Source: Verrucomicrobiales bacterium (lineage in GTDB: Bacteria; Verrucomicrobiota; Verrucomicrobiia; Verrucomicrobiales; V1-33). Taken from it: 64,000 nucleotides of DNA. Where the stretch lies: positions 32,001 through 96,000 of the forward strand of contig JANOAV010000035.1 of assembly GCA_031411295.1 (NCBI GenBank). The letters are read 5' to 3'. Numbering within the stretch: the first letter of the stretch is position 1; the number at the start of each line of letters is the position of its first letter. Both the position numbers and the translations under genes were made by a program. Shown here one piece after another: positions 51,673 through 62,600 of the stretch. The notes beneath the pieces were generated by a model that did not search any database, was not told where the DNA came from, and saw nothing but the letters and a program-made list of their open reading frames with translations.

Positions 51673-52779
51673 CTACGGCCCAATCTCATCCCACGCCTCA
51701 TCCAGAATCAATTCCCGGTAAGAAATGGCTTGGTGGGCGGCACAGATGGCCGCTCCGAAAATGGTTAGCTCATCGGCCACCCGGGAAACGTGAGCCGCAG
51801 GACGGGCCAAGCCTAGCAACAGTTGGCCGTAGCACTCGGCTCCGCTGATGTGCTGCAGGATTTTGAAAGCAATGTGGCTGGAATTGAGATCTGGGAAGAC
51901 CAGGACATTGGCCCGCCCCGCCACCAGGCTTTGGGGAGATTTGCGCTCTGCTGCGGCCGGCACGATGGCGGCATCTAGTTGCAACTCACCATCCACATCC
52001 ATCGCCACCTGTCGTTGACTCGCACGCAGCCGCGCCATTTGCGTGGCTGCTTGCATCTTGTCGGTGGTTAAATTTCGCGCAGAGCCCTTGGTGGAGAAAC
52101 TGAGCATGGCCACGCGGGGACGATCATGCAGCAGCGGGCCAGCCACTTTCGATGTTTCCACCGCAATGTCCGCCAACTGCCCCACCGTGGGTGTGGGGAT
52201 CACCGCACAATCTGCCAGAAACAACACGCCCCCATTTCCCAGATCCGCTCGGTGCGGCAGGCGCACCGCCATGCAACTGGTGACACTATCCAAATGGGGC
52301 TGGCGTTTGATGAGATGAAACAACGCTCGGAAGAATGCGGCGGGAATCACTTTATTACCGCCCACGACCGCATCCGCTGCGCCATATTGCACCATCATGG
52401 CTGCGAAGTAGTGCGGCAGCGCCATCGTTTCCTCTGGAGCGCGAATGATCCGTCGGCGCAACCGCTCGGTGCGACGATACCGTTCGCAATAAGCTTGGAA
52501 ATCACTGCTGTCCTCCGGCTGCACCACGCCGATAAATTCCATGCTGACGCCCAGACCCGCCGCAGTGCGTTCAATTTCCCGTCGATTCCCAATCAGAATG
52601 GGGGACACACACTCCAGTCGCACTAACTCCTGTGCCACCCGCAGGATGCGCGGATCATTGCCTTCCGGGAAGACCACCCGCTTGGGGTGCTTGCTCAGGC
52701 CGGCCACGAGTGGCTGCAGGAAGGAATTGGTGGAATCGAAACGAAACGGTCGCTCGTGAGCGGGGGAGGTGGAATTCAT
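51673..52779 (-). CDS. Phosphate acetyl/butyryl transferase family
   Basis: RVVFPEG, LADCAV, AMLSFST, DGELQLDAA, ANVLVFPDL. Confidence 0.9.
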   Translation of the reverse strand: MNSTSPAHERPFRFDSTNSFLQPLVAGLSKHPKRVVFPEGNDPRILRVAQELVRLECVSPILIGNRREIERTAAGLGVSMEFIGVVQPEDSSDFQAYCERYRRTERLRRRIIRAPEETMALPHYFAAMMVQYGAADAVVGGNKVIPAAFFRALFHLIKRQPHLDSVTSCMAVRLPHRADLGNGGVLFLADCAVIPTPTVGQLADIAVETSKVAGPLLHDRPRVAMLSFSTKGSARNLTTDKMQAATQMARLRASQRQVAMDVDGELQLDAAIVPAAAERKSPQSLVAGRANVLVFPDLNSSHIAFKILQHISGAECYGQLLLGLARPAAHVSRVADELTIFGAAICAAHQAISYRELILDEAWDEIGP

Positions 52780-52955
52780 GGAGATCGAAGGAACGCCGTA
52801 GCAATCGGTCCGGATGCGCGCTTTGACAAACTGAAATTACACCCGCTTGAATCCGAGCACGTGCGTGATTGCAGCAACACCCAGATGAGCATTGAATCCA
52901 TGTATGCGGCATCTTTCTGCTTCAACTCGTGCCATCCCGGAACTATGACGCAGCC

Positions 52956-55661
52956 ATGTTGCGTCATCCGATTCTCTTCATCGCTGCCTTTGGTATCCTC
53001 ACCTTCCTGATGTCCCGCCTGCGCACTCCCCAGGTGCTTTTGGAAACCGAACCCGACTTCGCCCGCACACTGGCGTTGGTGGGGCCGGATCCTGAGACTG
53101 GTCAGGCTCGGGTGATCACACCGGACAATCATTTGCTCACACCAGCTGGGCAACAAATCTCGCTGCCTGGGATGCGTCCCCAAGCCCTGGCACTGAGCCC
53201 GAATGGGAAAATCCTCGTGGCGGCGGGCAAGATCTCCGGCATCACCCTCATCAACCCGGCCACAGGCGAAGTTAAAGGCCGCGTTGAGTTGCCAGGAGAC
53301 TCTGAGGAAGCACCGAACCCTGTTTCCGGAAACATCCTCAAGCCGGATCGCAGTGGTCAGTTGAGTTTCACCGGGCTGATTTTTTCCGCCACTGGCGAAC
53401 GACTCTATCTCTCCAACGTCAATGGCAGCATCAAAGAGTTTTCCGTTAGTGAAGCAGGTGAAATCAAGCCGCTGCGCAATCTCCCGCTGCCGCCAGCGAA
53501 CGCTCCCAACCGCAAGAACGAGATCCCTTCCGGGCTGACGCTTTCAGCGGATAATCGCAAACTCTACATCGCCCTGAACCTCAGTAACCGCGTGGCGGAA
53601 ATGGACGTGGCGTCCGGCACCGTCCTGCGAACATGGGACTGCGGGGTGGCTCCTTATGATGTGAAGGTGCTGGGGAATAAATTATACGTTAGCAATTGGG
53701 GCGGTCGTCGCCCGGATGGATCCAGCCCCGAAGCCCATGCCGGACGCGGGATGACGGTGCGGGTGGAGGCCAGAACCCAGGTCGCCAGCGAGGGATCGCT
53801 TTCCGTGATTGATCTCGTCGGCAACCAACCGCCCAAGGAGTTGGTCACTGGTCGGCATGCCAGCGGACTAGCCGTTTCGCCCGATGGAAAGTTCCTCTGC
53901 GTGGCGTGTGCCACCAGTGATTATGTGGAGGTGTTGGATGTGGCTAGTGAGACCTGGCGAGGGCACTTCTTTCCCAAGCAAACCCCCGCCGACCTCTTCG
54001 GAGCCGGGCCGAACGCGCTGACGTTTGATCCCGCCGGGAAGCACTTATATGTCTGCAATGGCACCCAAAACGCCATGGCAGTGCTGGAGTGGGAAGACGG
54101 CACGGCTGAATTTCAAGGCTTGCTGCCGACTGGTTGGTATCCCGGTGCGGTCGTGGTGGATGCGGCTAGGCAACAACTCTGTGTTGGCAACGTGAAAGGT
54201 ATCGGCCCTGAGCCGGCGAAGAACAGGGGCTTCAACACCCACCAATATTTCGGCACCGTGAGTCTGATTCCGCTGCCCCAGGATAAGTCTGCGCTAGCCG
54301 CCCACACTAAGACCGTGACCGTGAATAATCGGGTTCCGTTGCTGCCCCTGGCCATGGCCCCGCCTCGTCCGAGCGCACTGCCCCGCCCCCTCCCCAGCCG
54401 CGTGGGAGAGCCCAGTGTCTTCAAGCATGTGCTCTATATCATTAAGGAAAATCGCACTTACGACCAAGTCCTGGGCGACCTGAAAGAAGGCAACGGAGAT
54501 CCCAAACTCTGCATCTTTGGCGAGCAAATCACGCCGAACCAACATCAGTTCTGTCGGGATTTCGTTTTGCTAGACAACACCTACTGTTCCGGCATCCTCA
54601 GTGCCGACGGGCACAACTGGTCCTGTAGCGCCTTCACCACGGACTATATGGAGAAACAATTTGCCGGCTTCCCCCGGAGCTATCCGGACGGCTCGGAAGC
54701 GGCCAACGCCGACGCCTTGGCGTGGTCCCCCGGCGGCTTTATTTGGGATCATGCTCTGGCGAAGGGCCTGCCGATTCGGATCTACGGTGAGTTCGCCACG
54801 GTGCGGCGGGCCTGGAAAGACCCCGAGCGACCTGGCAAGCCATTGTTTCCAGAGATCTGGCAGGACTGGTTGACCCATCATGGTGGGGCAGATAGTGAAG
54901 TTTCTCTGGGCGCTAAGGCCAACATCTCCACCGTGCAGCCGCACCTGAATGAGGATTTTGCCGCCTTTGATAACGACATCCCTGACGTCATCCGCGCCCA
55001 AGTGTTTCTCAAGGAGTTGGCGCAGTGGGAAACCACCGGGAAGATGCCCGCCCTCAGCATCATGAGTCTCGGCGGAGACCACACCAGCGGCACCAAGCCC
55101 GGCAAGCCCACCCCGCGCGCCCAAGTGGCAGACAACGATCTGGCGTTCGGTCAAATGGTGGAAGCCCTCAGCAAGAGTCGCTTCTGGAAAGACACCTGCA
55201 TCATCGCCATTGAAGATGATCCACAGAACGGATGGGATCACGTCAGCGGCTATCGCACCACGGCCTACGTCCTCAGCGCCTGGTCCCGCGGGCGCGGCAC
55301 GGTTTCCACGCAATACAATCAGACCAGCGTGCTGCGCACTATCGAACTCATGCTAGGGTTGCCTCCCATGAACGAACTGGACGCCACCGCCACCCCCATG
55401 TTCGATTGCTTTGGCGACGAACCGGACTTCACCCCATACATCGCCCAGAAGCCTCGCTGGCCGCTGGATGACATGAATCCCACCCCTGCCAAAATCACCG
55501 ATGCCACCTTGCGCAAGGATGCCGAGGTCTCAGCTACGCTGCCATTTGAGGAAATGGACCAATGCCCGGAGGACATCCTCAACGAGATCCTCTGGCGTGC
55601 CGTCAAAGGCCCGCAAGTGCCCTTCCCCCATTGGGCCGTAGCCTTGCAGGAGGAGGATTAG
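52956..55661 (+). CDS. YncE/YVTN beta-propeller + phosphoesterase (alkaline phosphatase superfamily)
   Basis: Propeller repeats, TGWYP, IKENRTYDQ, SADGH, DHT, EDDPQNGWDHV. Start at ATG 52956. Confidence 0.9.
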   Translation: MLRHPILFIAAFGILTFLMSRLRTPQVLLETEPDFARTLALVGPDPETGQARVITPDNHLLTPAGQQISLPGMRPQALALSPNGKILVAAGKISGITLINPATGEVKGRVELPGDSEEAPNPVSGNILKPDRSGQLSFTGLIFSATGERLYLSNVNGSIKEFSVSEAGEIKPLRNLPLPPANAPNRKNEIPSGLTLSADNRKLYIALNLSNRVAEMDVASGTVLRTWDCGVAPYDVKVLGNKLYVSNWGGRRPDGSSPEAHAGRGMTVRVEARTQVASEGSLSVIDLVGNQPPKELVTGRHASGLAVSPDGKFLCVACATSDYVEVLDVASETWRGHFFPKQTPADLFGAGPNALTFDPAGKHLYVCNGTQNAMAVLEWEDGTAEFQGLLPTGWYPGAVVVDAARQQLCVGNVKGIGPEPAKNRGFNTHQYFGTVSLIPLPQDKSALAAHTKTVTVNNRVPLLPLAMAPPRPSALPRPLPSRVGEPSVFKHVLYIIKENRTYDQVLGDLKEGNGDPKLCIFGEQITPNQHQFCRDFVLLDNTYCSGILSADGHNWSCSAFTTDYMEKQFAGFPRSYPDGSEAANADALAWSPGGFIWDHALAKGLPIRIYGEFATVRRAWKDPERPGKPLFPEIWQDWLTHHGGADSEVSLGAKANISTVQPHLNEDFAAFDNDIPDVIRAQVFLKELAQWETTGKMPALSIMSLGGDHTSGTKPGKPTPRAQVADNDLAFGQMVEALSKSRFWKDTCIIAIEDDPQNGWDHVSGYRTTAYVLSAWSRGRGTVSTQYNQTSVLRTIELMLGLPPMNELDATATPMFDCFGDEPDFTPYIAQKPRWPLDDMNPTPAKITDATLRKDAEVSATLPFEEMDQCPEDILNEILWRAVKGPQVPFPHWAVALQEED

Positions 55662-55850
55662 CCCCACTGCTAAATCGCTTGCTTGGATGCGCAGGTCGCC
55701 CAAAGCTGGCTGCGTAACGACCTGCCAAAATAATACTTCATTCCATTCGTCTCCTGGCATGGATTCACCGTGGTGGACAGCGGTTGCACGGTGCCAATCA
55801 ACACCGAGTTGCGCAGCCGCAGCAGATGGGGCGAGGGAAATCGTGCTGGT

Positions 55851-55910
55851 CATCACGCGGAGCGATGATGACTACTTTCTGGATAGTAGCCGTCATCGCT
55901 CCGCGTGACG
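55851..55910. repeat. REP doublet (second family)
   Basis: catcacgcggagcgatgatgaCTAC ... GTAGccgtcatcgctccgcgtgacg inverted pair. Confidence 0.75.
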
Positions 55911-56293
55911 GCAGTCGTTGGCAGGCGTAAGCGAGTTCGAAGCACGCCCGACTAGCGCGGCCTGGCAGGCCAACTTGCGGGGCCATTTGTCTGGCAGTGG
56001 CGCGAGCGGGGGGGGGTGATTCAGGGCTTGGATGGGGCAGGCAAGGCGGCCCACCCAAAAGCGAGGCAGCGCATCAGCCGCAGCCGGCGCGTGGGATTAG
56101 GAGTCGTCTTGATCTTCATGTGGCAATTGGTTTGGGATTAGCTTGCCCTACGCACCTCAAAATTTCCCCGCTTTCTACGTTGCCAGTCTGCGGGTGGTTG
56201 GTTAATCTCCGCGCCCGGAGGTGCGCCTTGAAGTGCGTTCACGGTTTGTTTTCCTCCTGTTTGAATTTCCGATAAACCCTAGTCCATCTTGCC

Positions 56294-58261
56294 ATGAGCC
56301 ACGAAACCATCGAATCCCATCTTGTTGAAAATCGCGTCTTTGCTCCGCCAGCGGCGTTTGCCCGGGGGGCTCGGGTGACTTCCATGGAGGACTATCAGGA
56401 ACGCTATACGGCTTCCATCAAGGACCCTGCGGCCTTCTGGGCCAGTGAGGCGGCGGAGTTGGATTGGCAGGCTCCATGGGCGGAAACACTGCGTTGGGAG
56501 GTCCCTTTCGCGCAGTGGTTTGTGGGTGGGAAAATCAACCTGTGCGAGAACTGTGTGGATCGGCACGCCAATAATCCCGATCGCAAATACAAGGCCGCCA
56601 TCATCTTCGAAGGCGAACCGGGCGACACCCGCACGATCACTTATGGCGAACTGCAGCACGAAGTGGCCCGCACTGCGAATATGTTCCTTGCGCAGGGCAT
56701 TAAGTCTGGTGATCGCGTGATTGTTTACATGCCGATGATTCCCGAGGCGGCCATTACGATGCTGGCTTGTGCCCGCATTGGAGCCGTGCACAGCGTCATT
56801 TTCGGTGGGTTCAGCGCCAGTGCGATTTATGATCGGGTGCTGGATAGCGGTGCCACGCACATCATCACTGCGGACGGCGGTTGGCGGCGGGGGAAGACGG
56901 TGCCGCTGAAGGACAATGTGGACGCCGCCCTGGCCATGGGCACGACGCCGGTAAAAAGCGTGGTGGTGTTCCAACGCACCAAGCAGGCGGTGGCGATGGA
57001 AGCGGGACGGGATGTCTGGTGGCATGAGGCGATTGCAGGGGCCAGCACGGATTGTCCGCCAGTGGGATTGGATTCGGAACATCCGTTGTTCATTCTCTAC
57101 ACCAGCGGATCGACCGGGAAACCGAAGGGCATCCTGCACACCACCGGTGGGTATGCGGTGGGAACTCACGCCACCACCAAATACATTTTCGACCTGCAGG
57201 AAAAGGACGTTTACTGGTGCACGGCAGATGTGGGTTGGATCACGGGGCATAGTTACATTGTCTATGGACCACTGGCCAATGGGGCCACGGTGCTGATGTA
57301 TGAAGGCGCGCCCGATACGCCGCACTTCGGCCGCTTCTGGGAGATCGTGGAGAAATACAAGGTGAGCATTCTCTACACCGCCCCCACCGCCATCCGTGCC
57401 TTCATTAAGTGGGGGGACGAGCATGTCACGAAATATGATCTCTCCAGCCTTCGATTGTTAGGCTCGGTGGGGGAACCAATCAATCCGGAGGCCTGGATGT
57501 GGTATCACAAAATGATCGGTGGCAGCCGCTGTCCGATAGTGGATACTTGGTGGCAGACGGAAACGGGAGCCATCCTGATTTCTCCCATGCCCGGAGCCAC
57601 GCCCACCAAACCCGGCACCGCCACGTTGCCCTTCTTCGGCATTGATGCCGCCATTGTCGATGAGACCGGTCAAGAGTGCGGCCCCAATGAAGGTGGTCGC
57701 CTCGTGGTGCGTCATCCCTGGCCCTCCATGCTGCGCACGCTCTGGGGCGATGCCGAGCGCTATGCCGCCACTTACTGGGCAGAGTATCCCGGATGGTATC
57801 TGACAGGCGACGGGGCGCGTCGTGACGAAGATGGCTATTTCTGGATCGTGGGTCGCTTGGACGACGTGCTGAATGTTTCCGGCCATCGCTTGGGCACGGC
57901 GGAATTGGAAAGTGCGCTGGCCAGCCATCCAGCAGTAGCGGAAGCCGCCGTCGTGGGTCGCCCGGACGAAATCAAAGGTCAGGCACCCGTGGCATTTGTG
58001 ACGTTGAAGACTGGATTTGAAGCTTCCCATGATTTGGCGAAAGCCCTAAAGGCCCACGTGGCCAAGGAAATTGGGGCCATCGCGCGCCCGGATGATATTC
58101 GTTTCACGGCCTCGTTGCCGAAGACACGCTCCGGCAAAATCATGCGGCGCTTGCTGAAGGAAATTTGCGCGGGCGGACAAATCAAGGGTGATACCACGAC
58201 CTTGGATGACCTCAGCGTGCTGGCGAGCCTATCCGCTGCCGCCAAGGCCGATGATGAGTAG
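56294..58261 (+). CDS. acs: Acetyl-CoA synthetase
   Basis: [41 protein letters not shown]. Confidence 0.97.
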   Translation: MSHETIESHLVENRVFAPPAAFARGARVTSMEDYQERYTASIKDPAAFWASEAAELDWQAPWAETLRWEVPFAQWFVGGKINLCENCVDRHANNPDRKYKAAIIFEGEPGDTRTITYGELQHEVARTANMFLAQGIKSGDRVIVYMPMIPEAAITMLACARIGAVHSVIFGGFSASAIYDRVLDSGATHIITADGGWRRGKTVPLKDNVDAALAMGTTPVKSVVVFQRTKQAVAMEAGRDVWWHEAIAGASTDCPPVGLDSEHPLFILYTSGSTGKPKGILHTTGGYAVGTHATTKYIFDLQEKDVYWCTADVGWITGHSYIVYGPLANGATVLMYEGAPDTPHFGRFWEIVEKYKVSILYTAPTAIRAFIKWGDEHVTKYDLSSLRLLGSVGEPINPEAWMWYHKMIGGSRCPIVDTWWQTETGAILISPMPGATPTKPGTATLPFFGIDAAIVDETGQECGPNEGGRLVVRHPWPSMLRTLWGDAERYAATYWAEYPGWYLTGDGARRDEDGYFWIVGRLDDVLNVSGHRLGTAELESALASHPAVAEAAVVGRPDEIKGQAPVAFVTLKTGFEASHDLAKALKAHVAKEIGAIARPDDIRFTASLPKTRSGKIMRRLLKEICAGGQIKGDTTTLDDLSVLASLSAAAKADDE

Positions 58262-58285
58262 AGTTGCTGCTCTGAATCGAGTGTG

Positions 58286-58308
58286 ACCGCAGTCCGCCGG
58301 ACTGCGGT
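58286..58308. terminator. Hairpin between convergent acs and mazG
   Basis: accgcagtcc-gcc-ggactgcggt. Confidence 0.6.
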
Positions 58309-58316
58309 GGCACGCG

Positions 58317-59111
58317 TTAGGATTTCATTTTAGCGGCTTGCCAATGGGCCTCCATGGTTGCGACGTCCGCTACGCCCAAGGGCGTGGTCGTGGTTTGGAG
58401 GCTGGTTTCCATTTGATGGAAACGATCCGTGAATTTGGTGTTCGTCGCACTGAGCAGGACCTCGGGGTCGTGGCCCAGTTTGCGGGCCAGATTGACGACG
58501 CTGAAGAGGAGATCGCCAATTTCTTCTGCGGTGGCCACGGGATCGCCCTTGGCTAGTTCCACCTCGGTTTCGGCTAGTTCTTCGCGAATTTTCTCGATGA
58601 TGCCGACAGTGTCTGGCCAGTCGAACCCTACTTTGGCCGCCTTCTTCTGGAGTTTAGCGGCTCGGGTTAGGCTGGGGAGGGCTTTGGTGATGCCTTCCAG
58701 AAAGGCCTGCGGTCGATTCCCCTTTTCAGCTTTTTTGATTTCATCCCATTGCTTCAAGACGGCGGAGGTATCGCTAACATCACTGGAGCCATAGACGTGA
58801 GGATGGCGGCGGATGAGCTTTTCAGAAATGCCGTGAGCAATGGTGTCGAGGTTGAAGCGATCGGTCTCGGAGGCGATTTCGCCATGCAGGACGACTTGGA
58901 GGAGGAGGTCGCCCAACTCTTCGCGCATGTGTTCAGTGTCGTCGGACTGGATGGCTTCCAGCGTTTCGTAAGCTTCTTCCAGTAAATTTGTGCCCAAGGA
59001 AAGGTGCGTTTGCTCCTGATCCCAGGGACAGCCCCCCGGGCTGCGCAGATCATGCACAATTTGCTTCAAGCGCGTGAGGCCGTCGGGATGGATTGGGGTG
59101 GGGAGGGGCAT
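58317..59111 (-). CDS. mazG: Nucleoside triphosphate pyrophosphohydrolase MazG
   Basis: GCPWDQEQT, EEAYE, EELGDLL, RRHPHV, GFDW, EEIGDLLF. Start at ATG 59111. Confidence 0.95.
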   Translation of the reverse strand: MPLPTPIHPDGLTRLKQIVHDLRSPGGCPWDQEQTHLSLGTNLLEEAYETLEAIQSDDTEHMREELGDLLLQVVLHGEIASETDRFNLDTIAHGISEKLIRRHPHVYGSSDVSDTSAVLKQWDEIKKAEKGNRPQAFLEGITKALPSLTRAAKLQKKAAKVGFDWPDTVGIIEKIREELAETEVELAKGDPVATAEEIGDLLFSVVNLARKLGHDPEVLLSATNTKFTDRFHQMETSLQTTTTPLGVADVATMEAHWQAAKMKS

Positions 59112-59208
59112 GATAAGTAACGGAGCAGGAGAATTGGAGCGAGGAGTGGCGGCAGGACAAACGCGGGCCCCTCCGAGCGGTGCGCTAAATTTCCCCCACT
59201 GGCAAGAG

Positions 59209-59388
59209 CTAATCGCCCAGTCCCAGCGCCTCCGCCCAGACTTCATCATCCGCTTCATCGAAGCGAATGAGCATGGGGCGACAGCAGACTTCGCAATCGT
59301 AATCGACCTCACACGGGACCTCGTCCAGGGACGGGGCCAGCACGGAGAATTCCTCGAAGCAGGATGGGCAAGTGACAGGGCAGAGCAT
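59209..59388 (-). CDS. CPXCG-type cysteine-rich protein
   Basis: VTCPSCFE...DCEVCCRP; 59 aa from ATG 59388. Confidence 0.85.
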   Translation of the reverse strand: MLCPVTCPSCFEEFSVLAPSLDEVPCEVDYDCEVCCRPMLIRFDEADDEVWAEALGLGD

Positions 59389-59605
59389 CGCGCAACATGG
59401 ACCAAAATGCGATCGGTCGCAAGTTCCGCGTAATCCAGAACCAATGCGCGTGTGGTGCGTAATGCTGCGATGGACCATGCTGCTATCCACCGATGGCATT
59501 GTCGTGTGTCGGTTCGGAAGAAAAACCATTTTCTTTCCGCCAATCGCTGCTATTCTCCGCGCTCCCGCACCGACCCATTTTCTCCTTTTTCCATTCCCTC
59601 CGGCC

Positions 59606-62600
59606 ATGACCAGCGCTCAAATTCGCCAATCCTTCCTCGATTTCTTCAAGTCCAAGCAACACACCATCGTGCCCAGCGACAACGTGGGTTACACGAGCCG
59701 TGATGGCGCGCGGATCTTTACCAATGCAGGGATGAATCAGTTCGTGCCCATCTTCCTGGGCGAGCGCACCGCCGATGTGGACACCTGGCCGGGCGTGCTC
59801 AGCAAGGGCCTGCCCACGCGGGCAGCGGACACGCAGAAGTGCATTCGCGCAGGCGGGAAACACAACGATTTGGAGGATGTGGGCCTGGACACTTACCACC
59901 ACACGTTCTTCGAAATGTTGGGGAACTGGAGTTTTGGCGACTATTTCAAAAAGGAAGCCATCGCTTGGGCGTGGGAACTGGTGATCGAGAAATGGAAATT
60001 TCCACCCACCCGCGTCTTCGCCACCATTTACCAACCCGGCCCCGGGGATCCAGCGGATCGCGACCAGGAGGCCTGGGACATCTGGGCGGAGAAATTCCGC
60101 AGCGTGGGCTTGGACCCGGACATTCACATCGTGAACGGCAACAAGAAGGACAACTTCTGGATGATGGCCGACACCGGTCCGTGCGGTCCGTGCACAGAAG
60201 TGCATATCGACCTAACACCCGGCCCGATTGCCTTGGATGAAGATCGCCAACGCGCTGGTGCAAAGCTGGTGAATGGATCGGACGCGAGCTGTATTGAGAT
60301 CTGGAACAATGTGTTCATTCAATACAATGCCAATCCCGATGGCACCTTCGTGCCGCTGCCCGCCCAACACGTCGATACCGGCATGGGCTTCGAGCGCGTG
60401 TGTTCGATCATCCAAGGCACGAAAAATTTCACCGACTTCGAGACTGCGAAGATCAGCAATTATGACACGGATGTCTTCAAGCCGATCTTCGATGAACTAA
60501 CTAAACTCAGCGGCAAGCACTACAAGAGCACGCTCCCGAAAGCCAACGAGCAAGGAAACGTAGTCCCTGTGACCGAGCAGGAGAAAATCGACGTGGCCTT
60601 CCGCGTCATTGCCGACCATTTGCGCACCCTGAGTTTCTCCATTGCGGACGGCATTCAGCCGGGGAACTCGGATCGGAATTACACCCTGCGCCGGATCCTG
60701 CGTCGGGCGGTAAAATACGGCCGCACCCTGGAATTCCAGGAGCCGTTCTTCTACAAACTGGTGGACGTGCTGGCCGAACACATGGGCGATGTCTTCCCGG
60801 AGATTCGTGTGAAGCGTGAGCAGGTGAAGGCGGTGCTGAAGGTCGAAGAGGAGAGCTTTAATCGGACGCTGGATAAGGGCATCGTGCTATTCGAGAGCGA
60901 AGCGAATCGATTGCTAGGCACCGCAGGTGCCGCCCCGGGTAGGGCGGGTGTCTCACCCGCCGGGGTCGGCGTCCCGCCGACCTCTCAGGGCGTCTCGCCC
61001 TCTTCTGGTGCGTCTCGCACCAAACGCAGAACGCTGCCCCATTTCGAAAAACCTTGGGCCATTTACAACCTCACGGTCACCACGCGTGATCGTCGTTTCC
61101 TAACTCCCGAGGCAAGAACCATTACGCTGGACGCCATCAAACATTTTGATGGCAAGCGTTTCGAGCTATTTGCAGCTTGTGTGATGCCGGACCATTTTCA
61201 CATGCTCCTACAACCTTGGCCGAAGGAAAACGATGGAACCTCCGTGTTCTGGACGTTGGGCGAGATTATGCATTCCGTAAAGAGTTTTACTGCAAAGGAG
61301 ATTAACAAGCAGGAAGGGACTACTGGCTCGGTGTGGAATGAGGAACGGTTTGATCGCTATATTCGGTCAGATGCTGATTTGGAGGAGAAGTATAACTATA
61401 TTTTAGATAACCCTCGCAGGGCTGAAATTGTCTCCATGGTTGGGGAGTATCAGTGGACTTGGACGCACGATGACAGGCTGGGCGAGACGCCCGAAGGAAG
61501 CGAGACGCTTCGTGCGTTTGGCGAGACGCCAAACGCGGCGGGCGGGACGCCCGCCCTACCCGTGCCTTGCGATGCCTCCGGCATCGTCCCATCTGGCGCA
61601 ACTTGCGCCGATTCCTCAGGTAGGGCGGGTGTCCCGCCCCTTTCCGCAGACTTCGCCTTCCGCCTTTACGACGAACAAGGCTTCCCACTAGACCTCACAG
61701 AACTCCTAGCGCGCGAACGCGGCCTAACGGTAGACACCGCTGGCTTTGAAAAACTAATGGATGAACAAAAGGCTCGCGCTCGTGCGGCTGGCCAAAAGAA
61801 CAAACAGATCGTTTCCGTCAGTGAAATCGAGACCAAGGAACCGACGAAATTTATCGGTTACGATGCATTGGAAGCCGATGCCAAGGTGCTGGAAGTCGTT
61901 TCCATGAAGGATAAGACAGCGGTGGTCTTGGACACATCCACTTGCTATGCCGAAATGGGCGGTCAGGTGGGTGATGCCGGTAATTTCATCATCGGGGCCA
62001 ACAATTTCCCCATCGTTTCCACCACCAAGGTCGGCAACACATGGCTGCATTTCCTGGAAGGCGAAGACGCCCCGGCGGTTGGTTCCACGGTGCGACTCGC
62101 AGTGGATGCGGAGCGTCGTCACGCCATCGAGCGGCACCATACCGTGACCCATATTCTGCATTGGGCACTGCATGAGGTCGTCAACAAAGACGCCACCCAG
62201 AAGGGCTCCAACGTGACTCCAGAGAAACTCACCTTCGATTTCAACAGCGCAGCCCTAACGCCGAACCAATTGGCCGACATCGAGCGTCTGGTGAACGAAC
62301 GCATCGTGGCGAACGAATCCGTTTCCTGGAGCGAAGTGCCCTACGCCGACATCAAATCCAACCCCGGCATCATGGCTCTCTTTGGCGAGAAATATGGCGA
62401 TCTGGTCCGCGTGGTGCAGATCGGCGGGAAGCCTCATGCGCTCAACGGTTACAGCATGGAACTCTGCGGCGGCACCCACACCCGCGGCACGGGTGAAATC
62501 GGACTCTTCAAACTGGTCAGCGAAAGCGCAGTAGCCGCAGGCGTCCGCCGTATCGAAGCCATTGCCGGCCTCGAAGCCTACCACACCGCCCGCAGCGAAA

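Larger units (their letters stand above)
60920..61640 (+). mobile_element. REP-associated tyrosine transposase (RAYT, Y1/HUH) cassette with flanking REP arrays, in frame inside alaS
   Basis: RRTLPH, VMPDHFH (HUH, 61193-61201), KSFTAKEIN, VWNEERFDRYIR, YILDNP (Tyr 61397), YQW; flanking GTAG/CTAC palindromes. Confidence 0.92.

Noticed and set aside
55530..56275. Short ORFs between the phosphoesterase and acs
   Set aside because: They overlap the REP doublet or the upstream gene and have no motifs.
59372..59605. N-terminal extensions in the ORF track for alaS (also mazG, grpE, coxC, CcoN-like, DUF1501)
   Set aside because: They overlap neighbours or promoters; homology begins at downstream ATGs.
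60920..61640. Intein or group I intron (IStron) explanation for the alaS insert
   Set aside because: No N-terminal Cys/Ser block or terminal His-Asn followed by C/S/T. There is no room for a ribozyme core outside the RAYT coding region and the short REP arrays. Not excluded experimentally.
60939..61640. CRISPR array from the repeated palindromes
   Set aside because: Units vary in sequence, lack regular unique spacers and have no cas genes; they fit REPs.
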